DNA of 64,000 nucleotides from the NCBI GenBank assembly GCA_963803145.1, contig CAWDLW010000020.1, positions 1-64,000 of the forward strand, in the 5' to 3' direction. The translations under genes and the position numbers were made by a program. Each line of letters begins with the position of its first letter. Position 1 is the stretch's first letter. Under the pieces are notes generated by a model. It saw only the letters and a program-made list of their open reading frames with translations. It was not told where the DNA came from and ran no database searches. Shown piece by piece: positions 1 to 10,222 of this stretch. This DNA is from Methanotrichaceae archaeon (GTDB taxonomy: Archaea; Halobacteriota; Methanosarcinia; Methanotrichales; Methanotrichaceae).

Positions 1-282
1 CCAGGACTCTGGCAATGAAGCCGGATGTTATTTTGTTGGACGAACCATGCAGCGCGCTTGACCCTATCTCGACCTCCAAGATAGAGACCCTCATGGAGAA
101 GCTGAAGGATGGTTATACTCAGGTGATCGTCACACATAATATGCAGCAGGCTGCGAGGGTTTCAGATTGCACGGCATTTTTCCTGATGGGAGAGCTAATA
201 GAGGTGGGGGAGACAAAAGCGCATCTTTGAGATGCCCAAGGAGAAGAGCACCGAGGATTATATAACCGGGAGATTTGGGTGA
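1..282 (+). CDS. pstB: Phosphate ABC transporter ATPase, 3' part (frameshift near 214-218)
   Basis: [13 protein letters not shown] Walker B/D-loop and [15 protein letters not shown]. The canonical tail [20 protein letters not shown] is in another frame and ends with TGA at 280-282. Confidence 0.9.
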
Positions 283-301
283 ACTTCGAGGGAGTGGGGA
301 G

Positions 302-960
302 ATGAGTCCGTACAAGAAGAAAGATATCATAGAGACCTAGATAAATTGAAAACTCCTGACAGAGTGCCTTGCAGATCAAGTCAGCATAGCCATAGATAAA
401 GCGGCCACTGCCCTTCGTGATTCAAATGTTGACATGGCAAAGGAGGTCGTCCAGGGCGATCATGACGTAGACGAGATCAGCCAAAAGATTGAGAATTTAT
501 GCATGCAGCTTCTGGCACTTCAGCAACCTATGGCAAGGGATCTTAGGCAGATAATCGGCATCTGAAGATAGGCATAGATCTGGAAAGAATTGGAGATTTA
601 GCTGTAGATATCGCCAGGGTAACTGTGCAATCAAAGAAGATTCAAATGACGAAGCTGGAGCACTTACCCCATATGGCTGAGATTGCAAGAAGAATGCTTC
701 ATCAGGCGATGGAGGCGTTGACCAATGATGACGCTGATTTGGCGCGCCAGACTACTAAATGGGATTATGAAGTCGATGGCCTTTATGTTAAAGCAAGGGA
801 TAAGCTATTCAAAATAATAATAGAGAACCCTGAGGCAATAAACGAAGGCATATCTCTGCTTATGGTGAACAGACACCTCGAGAGAATTGGAGATCACATA
901 TGCAATATATGTGAATCCATTGTGTATATGGTTGAAGGTAAGAGGGAGCATCTCAATTAG
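302..960 (+). CDS. phoU: Phosphate signalling complex protein PhoU (several apparent indels in the 5' half)
   Basis: LLALQQPMARDLR and IDLERIGDLA are readable upstream of ORF 625..960, which carries HLERIGDHICNICE. ATG at 302 follows a GGGAGTGGGAG RBS-like tract. Confidence 0.85.
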
Positions 961-1959
961 ATGAATATGGATACAAGAAAAGTGCAGAGGACTGGAAAGT
1001 CCACCTTTATCGTTTCCCTGCCCAAAGGCTGGGCGACGAAGAACGGAATTCAGGCAGGATCAATAATATATATCACACAGAGCGATAACGGCGCCCTGAC
1101 ACTCTCAATAGACCGCTCTGAGCGTGACCTCAAAGCGAGATTAGATATAAAGGATAAGTCGGGAGAGCCTCTTGCAAGGGATATTATCGGCTGTTACCTC
1201 GGAGGCTACAGGACCATTGAAGTATCATCCAATCATATGTCGGGAGCCCAGAAGAAAGATATCCGCCAGATAGTGAATAAGCTCATAGGCCCTGAGATCC
1301 TGGAGGAGACTATAAACAAAGTAATCATTCAGGATCTGCTTAGCTCAGAAGAACTTCAGGCCGATCGTGCCTTAAAACGCATCAGGACCGTCGTCAAATC
1401 CATGATCCAGGATGCCATATCTGCACTAGCGAGCAATAACAAGGAGCTTGCTTTGGACGTAATCCAAAGAGACAATGATGTAGACAGGTTGTATCTGCTT
1501 ATATCACGCCAGTTCACAGAGACACTCAGGTCTGGAACTGTAAAGCAGGACACACCCAACTCTATTGCAGCCTTCAATTACACTCAGGCAGCATCCAACC
1601 TGGAAAGGATCGCTGACCACGCCCACAGGATAGCCGAAGTTGCATACGGCTGCGATAGCGTTCTGCCGGAGGAGCTCACTGGCGAGCTGGCGAGACTGGA
1701 ATCCGTTTTCAGCATACTCATAGATGATTCAATAGTATACCTGCTCCAGTCAAATGCAGATAAGGCAAATGAACTAATAATTAGGATCAAGGATGTAAAG
1801 GAACGCATTCAGCTCATTGCCAACTCAACAGATTCAAACGATAAATCAGAGATGCTTATCAGGCTAATTGTGGCAGGAAGCATGGAAAGGATGCTCGATT
1901 ACATGATGAATATAGGCGAGCTGACAATTAACCTCTGTCATGCAACAGTTAGGTCTTAA
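961..1959 (+). CDS. Archaeal phosphate uptake regulator (AbrB-like N-terminus + PhoU domains)
   Basis: RKVQRTGKSTFIVSLPKGW AbrB-like motif, LERIADHA PhoU repeats, pst operon context. Confidence 0.9.
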   Translation: MNMDTRKVQRTGKSTFIVSLPKGWATKNGIQAGSIIYITQSDNGALTLSIDRSERDLKARLDIKDKSGEPLARDIIGCYLGGYRTIEVSSNHMSGAQKKDIRQIVNKLIGPEILEETINKVIIQDLLSSEELQADRALKRIRTVVKSMIQDAISALASNNKELALDVIQRDNDVDRLYLLISRQFTETLRSGTVKQDTPNSIAAFNYTQAASNLERIADHAHRIAEVAYGCDSVLPEELTGELARLESVFSILIDDSIVYLLQSNADKANELIIRIKDVKERIQLIANSTDSNDKSEMLIRLIVAGSMERMLDYMMNIGELTINLCHATVRS

Positions 1960-1967
1960 CTGTTGAG

Positions 1968-2636
1968 ATGGCAACTGCTGAGATGGAATCCATACCATCA
2001 GACTTAGAAAGGCATCTGATCGAGATCCAGGAGACAATTGCTTCAAGGGTTTCCCTATGGGATGATTATTCAGAGGATGCTGTTGCGGGTGTAGACCAAG
2101 CTTTTATTGAAGATCTGGTGATCTCAGGAGCGGTAGTGCTTCAGGAGCTTAAGATCACTGATGCTGCCTGTTATATAGAGAAGGCAGCGATCCCGTATGT
2201 TCCTGGATTTCTTTCATTCAGAGAAGGGTCTCCGGCAATTAAGGCATTGAGAAGGCTAAAGATAAAACCAACTCTGATTTTCGTTGATGGCTGCGGCATA
2301 AACCATCCGAGGATGGCTGGACTCGCATCTTATGTGGGCGTTACACTTGATATTCCCACAATCGGCATCAGCAAGAGCGTGCTCTGCGGATGCTTCGAGG
2401 CTCCTGTAGAAGTAGGCGAGGCAGCGCCTTTAGTCTATGGTGAGAATGTCGTAGGGTATGTTCTCAAATCCAAAAAAGGGTGCAGACCGATAGTGGTAGC
2501 TCCGGGACATAGGGTTTCTGTCGGTTCATCACTGGAGCTTGCAAGGAAGTACTTAAAAGGCTACAAGCTGCCGGAGCCCAGCAGACTTGCACATGAGTAT
2601 GCTAATGGAGTGAAGGCATCATACATCGGTAAATGA
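1968..2636 (+). CDS. nfi: Endonuclease V
   Basis: AGVDQAF, PYVPGFLSFRE, FVDGCGINHPRMAGLA and PEPSRLAH motifs. Confidence 0.95.
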   Translation: MATAEMESIPSDLERHLIEIQETIASRVSLWDDYSEDAVAGVDQAFIEDLVISGAVVLQELKITDAACYIEKAAIPYVPGFLSFREGSPAIKALRRLKIKPTLIFVDGCGINHPRMAGLASYVGVTLDIPTIGISKSVLCGCFEAPVEVGEAAPLVYGENVVGYVLKSKKGCRPIVVAPGHRVSVGSSLELARKYLKGYKLPEPSRLAHEYANGVKASYIGK

Positions 2637-2647
2637 ATTAGTAAATG

Positions 2648-3286
2648 ATGAGTGTTTAAGACTCTACGTGTATTAGGGCGCTGTTGTAAAGAGCTTTCAT
2701 CAAGAAATCCTATAACAGGATCAGTAACAGTGGTCAGCACTGATTTTATCCTTTTTTAAAAAACTTTCTGCATCTGCAGGCCTCTTTTCATTTCTGATGT
2801 ATGGTTTCCCATACTTAACTTTTTTCACTACTCTTAAAATTCGCCAGCCATATTTATATGAAAAATCTATACCTCTTGTATCCCTTACATATTTTAATAC
2901 GTCTTTTATCGTCATTCCTTTGTCTTCAATTTCTTTAATAACTCTATCCCATTCATCAAGAGACATCTTTGGCTTTTTGCCATTTCTATTCTTTGGTGTC
3001 AATCCATTATAGCCATGATTATTCCATCTGCTTAACCAATATTTTATTGTCCTCTCGCCCCTTTTTAAGATATCAGCTACCTCATATACGTTTTTCCCTT
3101 CATATAAATGTATTATTGCCAATAACCGTTCCTTAATCCTTAGATCAGTCTCTTTTTTATATAATTTATCAAGGTCTATCTTTGATATATGCCTAATTAT
3201 TATAGGTTTTCTACCCATGCCTATGTATTTTCACGCATTAATTATTAAATGTATCTATAGGGCAATAAGCTCAATGATTAACTATA
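2648..3286 (-). mobile_element. Truncated IS630-family element (one end + orfA 2721..3218; most of the DDE orfB missing)
   Basis: Near-identical to 54892-55530. Terminal TATAGTTAATC (rc) ends at 3286, and homology stops abruptly at ~2648. Confidence 0.9.
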
Positions 3287-3509
3287 TATAGATATCAACT
3301 CTACATTTCTTTTGCGCAAAATTCCCGCTAAATATTTAATCTCCCGGAGCCATCATCACAGATCCAGATGTCAACCCTAGCTTCGATGGCATACCGATAA
3401 GTATCAACGAATCAAAATTGATGAGTACAGTATCGACAAGAATCCGTAACCCAAGCTAATCTCATGCTTTATTATAGCACTTCCTGATTGTCCCGCTTTT
3501 GGAATAGCT

Positions 3510-4340
3510 TCATGCCCTGAATTCAGAATAATTATAATCAGATGTGTTATATGCCCTTTGAAGAAAATCGCATATCTGTAATTGGGTAGGCGAAGAACCC
3601 GAGAATAATGTGACATTCCCGAGATTATATGGCCCGCTTACTCTATGGTTGTTAATGCTTTTCCCATCAAAGCTGAGGTGCAAGGTATGATTTCCATGAG
3701 CGAGTACTTCGTGATCTATCGCCCAGTCGATTTCATTGTTATTAGAATCATAGAGATATCCCATCAAATTATACTCTCCGGGCACTTTTACATATACCCC
3801 GGCATCAATAATAAGATAATCATACAGGCCATCGCCGCTCGCATCTACCATATGCTCAGTGTAGTTGCCAATAAGCTTGGCCTGCATCTGAGGCCCATTT
3901 TCTAGGAGATAATAACTTTTTGTGGCATATGCATCATCTATTTTATCAAGCAGGCCTCCACGCGCGTCGTATAAAGTCAAGTTCTTGAGATAATGCTCTC
4001 CAACTACCTTTGATCCCCGGAAATCCAACCTTACTGATTTGACCCCTAAACCCAAATAGGTCTTAGCGGTTACATTGATGCTCTCATTACGATCGGCACT
4101 ATATAGCGATCCTTTTACGGTATATTCACCGGGAGAAAGTACGATAACACCTATATTGATAGTTATTAAATCGTATAATCCATTTCTATTTGTATCTGTT
4201 CCAAAGTCGGAGTATATTTTGCTAAAATGGGCGTTTCCGCCGGTGCTTATATTTTGCTGTGCAAATACTGTTGTACAGGAAATCGTAAGGATGATAGTTA
4301 TAAATATAATAGAAAAAAGTAATCTACATTTAAGTCTCAT
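3510..4340 (-). CDS. Secreted protein with two tandem beta-rich repeats (DxxxxGLYDxLxI...PGEY...G.LY)
   Basis: Signal peptide; internal repeat DTNRNGLYDLITINIGV..PGEYTVKGSLY / DASGDGLYDYLIIDAGV..PGEYNLMGYLY; many NxS/T sequons. Confidence 0.75.
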   Translation of the reverse strand: MRLKCRLLFSIIFITIILTISCTTVFAQQNISTGGNAHFSKIYSDFGTDTNRNGLYDLITINIGVIVLSPGEYTVKGSLYSADRNESINVTAKTYLGLGVKSVRLDFRGSKVVGEHYLKNLTLYDARGGLLDKIDDAYATKSYYLLENGPQMQAKLIGNYTEHMVDASGDGLYDYLIIDAGVYVKVPGEYNLMGYLYDSNNNEIDWAIDHEVLAHGNHTLHLSFDGKSINNHRVSGPYNLGNVTLFSGSSPTQLQICDFLQRAYNTSDYNYSEFRA

Positions 4341-4856
4341 TTCCTAATCATCCGCCTTCTGTATTCACAACTCATGGAATCATCCAGTCAACCATATCAT
4401 TCATAAGTGCACTTTAGCAGCAAGGAGTCCAATACGCAATCACTGTTAGCCATATATGTGCGATTGATTACTTATAAAAAGGTTATCAAGCTTTCGATAT
4501 AAACCTATGATGTACCTGGCAACATGAGTCCTTATTAGGCCTAACTGACAGAAGAGCTGTTTCAAAATCAGTAATAGTCTCATTAAGCTTTGGATCAATC
4601 CCAGATACTATCTTAAATACTTGATGTTATATTGCCGAATCATTTAAACAGATACTGATAATCCATTGATATTTATCTGAGATTTTAGGGACTTGAACTA
4701 CCTTTGTCATGCTGAAGATAGCCCTGAGGATTCGATATATTTTAGAAAGTTTCCACCAAAAGGTTTAATACAAAGGCATCTATAGTCCCCCTTGTAATGC
4801 TAGCGGTATCTGATCTCCCCAAAAATTAAAATGTTCTTAGGAAGTGTGCCGACTAT

Positions 4857-7424
4857 ATGTTTAAAAAATTTCAATTGCTGCCTAAGAATGGCATAAATGC
4901 TAAAGCAGATGAGTTTACCAAATTAGCAAGGGATTGGATCTGCGTTATTCTTATCCTGTTTGCACTAAACGCCTTCTCCCTTAATTTAGGATATATTTCT
5001 CCCGTTTTTAGCCGTTTATTGGGCATTTTATCCCTTTTAGGAGTGCTAATTTTTTACAGTCCTGCTTATTTAAATATTCCGAGAAATAAAGAGCCTGTTT
5101 TGGGTATAATCCTAATTCTTTTCTCTCTTACGCTCCCATTTTTATCTTCACAAATCGAATATTGGCTAATCTGTCTTCCAATATTTATTTGCGGATTTGA
5201 CTTGCTCTTAAAATCTGTAAAAGTTCACGAAAATACGCTGCCGGCTCTTTCTCTGTGCAGTACAATTTATACAATTTTTTACATTTGCTACATCAACATT
5301 CCGGCCTTATGGTTAGGTATTAAATCATTATCTGAGGGCTTCTCTGGAGTTATAGGTCGGATTGTGGGAACCCAATTGAGTATTGGCCCAACCATTAGTG
5401 GAGCCTTTATTTTATTGACATTTATCCTTTGTATAATTGCATTTTTTATCTTATCTGAGAAGCAGGGACAATGGAAAACATTTATTTTTTCTATTGTAGG
5501 ATTAATATTGGTTTATGCAGTTTTTGTCGCAGCTCATGCCTTGATCTTGACGACCGGCGATGCTGCAATGGATGATCTTTATATTGCCTTTTTGATGTTT
5601 TCAATAGCATTCATATTTGTTGTTCGAGCATTCAAAATTAAGTCCATGCCTATCGGAAATTTGGCCTTCAGGAAAATTGATGGCGCGGCAGTTATCGCTA
5701 TATTTTTCTCGCTCATTTTAATATCCATTTTTCCATATATTGGTGATGGAAGCGCTGGAAAGGTGGTAATCTATGAACGAAATTGTGAAATGGGCTTTGA
5801 TCTTCCCCATTTCCCACAGGGAAATGAATCTTTTAAGACTTATAGCAGCTTTTCAGTGCGCGGCATGGGGTTATATCTGGAAAAGATGGGCTATAAAGTA
5901 GAGGATTTAAACAGTACAAATCCGCACACATTAAAAGATGCCCTAAAGGATGCAAATGTATTAATGTTAATAAATTTAAATAAATCATTCTCTTCTGATG
6001 ATTTGGATAGCATATGGAATTTTATAAAAAATGGCGGTAATCTTATCGCCTTTAGCGATCATACATCAATGTTTGCAAGCGATGAGGACTTCAAGCGGGG
6101 AAAGGATTACCTGAATGAAGTGCTTTCGCCAACAGGAATAAGGGTTAACCCGGATACCGCAGATTATGTGGTCAATCACTGGACATATGCTAATACATTT
6201 TTGCCCCATTATGTAGCTAAGGATTTAGGATTTGAGATCACTACGTCCTCAGTTGGTGCGTCGCTTAGCTTGAGCGGAAATGCAAGGCCGGTAATCATCG
6301 GACGCTATTCCTTCTCTGATAGAGCTAATGCAACTGTGCCAGGCCACCTGGGAAACAGAACTTATGATTTGGGTGAAAAGATAGGAGATCTTGTTGTAGT
6401 TGCCTCTGACACCTATGGCAAGGGCAATGTATTGGTTTTTGGGGATACATCATATATTTTCAGCTCTGAGGTGCCGCTTAGATACAAATTAGTTCTTGAT
6501 TCCATTGTGTGGCTGATGAGCCATGAGTCCGAATCTTTAGCGTTTCTTCCATGGATTGGACTGATAATACTGGGGCTTCTAGCAATGGGCTATCTATTCC
6601 GTAGTCAGCCCAACAAGAATATGGCCCTATTTTGCGCTATCATCGCTGTGGCCATAGCCCTTTCATTAGTGGTTTCCGGAAGCATAAATAACTCGCTAAT
6701 TCAAGTTCCAGAGAAAGGCGGAAAAGACACAGCATGGATAGATTATTCTCATTTAAATCAATTCAATCTGAATAACTATGAGGATGATAGCGTAGATGGA
6801 TTAATAACAAACTTATACAGGAATAATTACATGCCTCTTGTTTTAGAGAATAGAGGCGATTTTTCAGAGATATTAAATGGAGACGTATTGGTCATCATAG
6901 CTCCAAACGAAGCTTATACCCCTGAGGAGGTAACCATACTGGATAAATTCGTCCGGAATGGGGGCCTGCTAATCATAACTGCGGGGTACAGCAGCAAAGA
7001 CCCGCTTGATCCCGTGCTGAAATCGTTCAACATATCCATAGGCAGTATCCCACTTGGATCGGCGCCTTGGATCGTAGAGACACATAATGCTGGTGAAGCC
7101 GGGACTGTAACCCCTGAGAATTTAGCAAAATATTGGCACAAACCGAAATATATGGAAGCTTATCCTGTTCTGGCAACTGGAAAATATGAGCCAATAACCT
7201 GGTTGAATTATAGGGGTGTAACCTATAATCTGACCATAGCAAAGAAATTCGGCAATGGAACTATTGTGCTGATAGGAGACTCCAGGTTCTTATTAAATGA
7301 AAACCTTGAATATGCATCGGATTTGCCCGGCAAAGAGAATTTGGAACAGTATCAGCTTCAATGGCTGGGGAATATTGAGCTTTTGCGACAGATAATTTCC
7401 AAGTACGAGGGGGTAAGATTATAA
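4857..7424 (+). CDS. Polytopic membrane protein A: ~9 TM, then a GldG/IFT52/DUF4350-like domain, 2 TM, and a second such domain
   Basis: 855-aa ORF; FIKNGGNLIAFSDHT, YGKGNVLVFGDTS, FVRNGGLLII and FGNGTIVLIGDS class-I-GATase-fold motifs. Confidence 0.7.
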   Translation: MFKKFQLLPKNGINAKADEFTKLARDWICVILILFALNAFSLNLGYISPVFSRLLGILSLLGVLIFYSPAYLNIPRNKEPVLGIILILFSLTLPFLSSQIEYWLICLPIFICGFDLLLKSVKVHENTLPALSLCSTIYTIFYICYINIPALWLGIKSLSEGFSGVIGRIVGTQLSIGPTISGAFILLTFILCIIAFFILSEKQGQWKTFIFSIVGLILVYAVFVAAHALILTTGDAAMDDLYIAFLMFSIAFIFVVRAFKIKSMPIGNLAFRKIDGAAVIAIFFSLILISIFPYIGDGSAGKVVIYERNCEMGFDLPHFPQGNESFKTYSSFSVRGMGLYLEKMGYKVEDLNSTNPHTLKDALKDANVLMLINLNKSFSSDDLDSIWNFIKNGGNLIAFSDHTSMFASDEDFKRGKDYLNEVLSPTGIRVNPDTADYVVNHWTYANTFLPHYVAKDLGFEITTSSVGASLSLSGNARPVIIGRYSFSDRANATVPGHLGNRTYDLGEKIGDLVVVASDTYGKGNVLVFGDTSYIFSSEVPLRYKLVLDSIVWLMSHESESLAFLPWIGLIILGLLAMGYLFRSQPNKNMALFCAIIAVAIALSLVVSGSINNSLIQVPEKGGKDTAWIDYSHLNQFNLNNYEDDSVDGLITNLYRNNYMPLVLENRGDFSEILNGDVLVIIAPNEAYTPEEVTILDKFVRNGGLLIITAGYSSKDPLDPVLKSFNISIGSIPLGSAPWIVETHNAGEAGTVTPENLAKYWHKPKYMEAYPVLATGKYEPITWLNYRGVTYNLTIAKKFGNGTIVLIGDSRFLLNENLEYASDLPGKENLEQYQLQWLGNIELLRQIISKYEGVRL

Positions 7425-10060
7425 AGCGATTATTATGGTTATCCTTAATACCGTTATCTGCATTTTGGCTATTTGCTGTAGATATATATGGCTATACTCC
7501 TGCCCTCATGCCTGCAATAGGAATGATCCTACTTGGGATTGCAATTTCAGCCCTGGGCTTTTTAGAATTCGATATTGTTTCACACAATAAATATGCGATT
7601 GCTATTCTCCCGCTTGTATTATCCAGCTTCGTTATACCTTACCCATATAATGCGGGTCTAATCGTTGCAGCCGCGGCGTTAGTCATATCATTACTGATAC
7701 CCAAAGCAAGGCCGCTATGGTTGGGAGCACTCTTCAGTGGAGTTATCCTAATTTTACACTCTCTCACCTTATCGATATACTATATTTTCGCTCCAAGCCT
7801 ACACCAGTTGGGTTGGCTTGCATACGCAACGTCATTCTTCGCAAGCCAGGTAGGACTGCAAACAACGTCCAGCAATGGCCTGCTTTTTGTATACGCGCAG
7901 AAGAATCTGTTTCCTTTTACGATAACCCTTGAAAAATTAGGGTTTTACCCATGGATTTTAGTATTCGTTGGTGCGCTTATAATAATATTTTTAACATCCC
8001 AAAATGCTTCTTTAGCATTAAAATGGATTCTCGGCTTTACCTTTGTGAGCATAATCTATCTCTTTGCCAGATATCTATTGCTTATCTATATCTTCTTCGC
8101 AACCGATGTACCATATTATGCCGGAGACAGATTGGAGATATTCATAAATCCTTTAATATTAATTGCGAGCTTCATACCCCTAGTGCTATTGTTCCTCTGG
8201 CTGTATCCAATCCAAAGTTTTAAACTTGATTTCAGATTAGATCTCGACAGAAAGCAAGCTTTTGCACTAACACTTCTAATGGTAAGTATATTCTGTTTGA
8301 CATCTGCAGCTATCTTTCAGGATCCTGGAGTAAAAAAAGACGGCAGGATGCTGGTTGATGAGATCCACTCTCTATGGGAATTTTCCACCCTGAAATTAGA
8401 CAAGGAATGGTACGGAGAAAGCTCTACTTACAACTCATACAGCATGGTTGAGTGGCTAAATAATACATATAAAGTAAACCGAATAGTTAGTCCATCCTAT
8501 AAGAATTGGACGATAGCTGGAGCTACAAAGGTTTCGCCCGATATTGTATCCGATAAAATTACCTATGATATTCTAAAGAATTATGACATATTTATAATAA
8601 AAACTCCTTCTAACTACGATCCTGAAGAGGTTGATGCAATAGTTCGCTTTGTAAAGGAAGGAGGCGGACTTTTCCTAATAGGAGATCATACGAACTTCGG
8701 AGGCACCAGCACCAGTCTGAACCAAATATTGAATAAGTTTGGAATGGAGCTTGGATTTGATAGCGTAAACACGATGGACGGCAGGCTATACTACTATAAG
8801 AGAGGTACAATGCCCCATCCAATCGTAAAGTATATGCCTTATTTGGATTTCATGACTGGGTGCAGCATAAAAACACCCCTAAGTGGAGAGCCCGTTGTAC
8901 TCGGGTTTAATCTGGAAGGCGATCCCGGCGAATACGCTTCATCCGGTTTCTTCAGAGAAACTAGATCCAATGATCCCACGCAGGTCACAAACACCATATG
9001 GGGACTAATTAACCAGGTTGTTGCCCTGAAGTATGGAAAAGGAAGAGTAGTGGTTCTTGCAGATTCGACGATAATATCCAATTTTAGGGCCTTTTTTGGA
9101 GGCACCCCGAATCTTATAGTTGGATGTATTGAGTACCTAAACTATAGTAATTCATTCGAGAATGGAAAGCAGATTCTGCTTCTCTTGGGAATAATATTTG
9201 GTGCTTTTGCAGCATACCTCCTAAGCAAGACTATTCTAGGAGAAAAGAAGATAGTGGCCCTGGTATTAATGCTGGCCCTAGGATCTCTAGCAGTAAGCGG
9301 AGCCGTATTCCTGCTATCAACAAAGACTCAAGATACAATTCCGAGCCAGTTCTATGTGAAGAATTACACGGTATGCTTCGACGGTGAACACTCTGACACG
9401 ATTGTGAGCAAAGGTAATGAAAGCGGGAGTTACGAAACCTTTTTCATATGGACTCAGAGGGTAAACCTAACTCCTGCAATAGAAGACAATTTTGAATCGG
9501 CCATGGAAAAGGGAAGGATTTTAGTTATAATAGACCCAGTCAAGGATTTATTTGGAGCTGAGAGAGATGCGTTATTAAATTACGTTAAAGAAGGCAATTC
9601 TATCCTGCTCATGCTTGATCCTAATGGGCCAGGATCTTACTTAACGCAATCCTTCGGTATGGATACTTACTATATAGAGCCGCCATACAATGCAAGCAAC
9701 CTGACACTAGATCAAAATATAACCCAGGGACTGCCTATAAAGCCGTGGGGCCTGGCTATAACGGGCGGAAAACCCTTGATGTCCATAGGCAACAGGACTG
9801 TCATGGCTGAGGCAAATTACGGCAAAGGTAAATTTGTCCTATTCACCGACTCCCAGGCATTTAGGGATGGATTTTATGGAGAACCAGGCTATATGGGATA
9901 TTCTGGGACAGATCCGAATCTCATGAATGGAATGGGCTACAATCTAAGATCGCTATACAACTTGGAATATTATATCTTTGAGAATGTTCTGAGTGATGGA
10001 AATCGCTCTGCTGCATATTCGGATAAAAGAAATACAACTATGGTAGGGATCTTGGGATAG
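7421..10060 (+). CDS. Polytopic membrane protein B (paralog of A): exosortase-like TM region + two GldG/IFT52/DUF4350-like domains; probable ATA start
   Basis: The frame of ORF 7508..10060 is open back to ATA at 7421 (IKRLLWLSLIP...), which overlaps the upstream TAA and follows GAGGGGGT. Motifs FVKEGGGLFLIGDHTN, YGKGRVVVLADS and YGKGKFVLFTDS. Confidence 0.7.
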   Translation: MKRLLWLSLIPLSAFWLFAVDIYGYTPALMPAIGMILLGIAISALGFLEFDIVSHNKYAIAILPLVLSSFVIPYPYNAGLIVAAAALVISLLIPKARPLWLGALFSGVILILHSLTLSIYYIFAPSLHQLGWLAYATSFFASQVGLQTTSSNGLLFVYAQKNLFPFTITLEKLGFYPWILVFVGALIIIFLTSQNASLALKWILGFTFVSIIYLFARYLLLIYIFFATDVPYYAGDRLEIFINPLILIASFIPLVLLFLWLYPIQSFKLDFRLDLDRKQAFALTLLMVSIFCLTSAAIFQDPGVKKDGRMLVDEIHSLWEFSTLKLDKEWYGESSTYNSYSMVEWLNNTYKVNRIVSPSYKNWTIAGATKVSPDIVSDKITYDILKNYDIFIIKTPSNYDPEEVDAIVRFVKEGGGLFLIGDHTNFGGTSTSLNQILNKFGMELGFDSVNTMDGRLYYYKRGTMPHPIVKYMPYLDFMTGCSIKTPLSGEPVVLGFNLEGDPGEYASSGFFRETRSNDPTQVTNTIWGLINQVVALKYGKGRVVVLADSTIISNFRAFFGGTPNLIVGCIEYLNYSNSFENGKQILLLLGIIFGAFAAYLLSKTILGEKKIVALVLMLALGSLAVSGAVFLLSTKTQDTIPSQFYVKNYTVCFDGEHSDTIVSKGNESGSYETFFIWTQRVNLTPAIEDNFESAMEKGRILVIIDPVKDLFGAERDALLNYVKEGNSILLMLDPNGPGSYLTQSFGMDTYYIEPPYNASNLTLDQNITQGLPIKPWGLAITGGKPLMSIGNRTVMAEANYGKGKFVLFTDSQAFRDGFYGEPGYMGYSGTDPNLMNGMGYNLRSLYNLEYYIFENVLSDGNRSAAYSDKRNTTMVGILG

Positions 10061-10222
10061 GGTGAATATAGCAGGAAGCTTAAAATTGGGCAGTCTACCC
10101 GTATTGAGTTGTTGAGCCCAAAATGATCTAGGATCTAATCGATAAAATAGTTTGAGGAGGAGATTAGATTGCCCATTTGCGGTAAATCCATCCTCCTTCG
10201 CTCAGCGCCTGCATAGGTCCGA

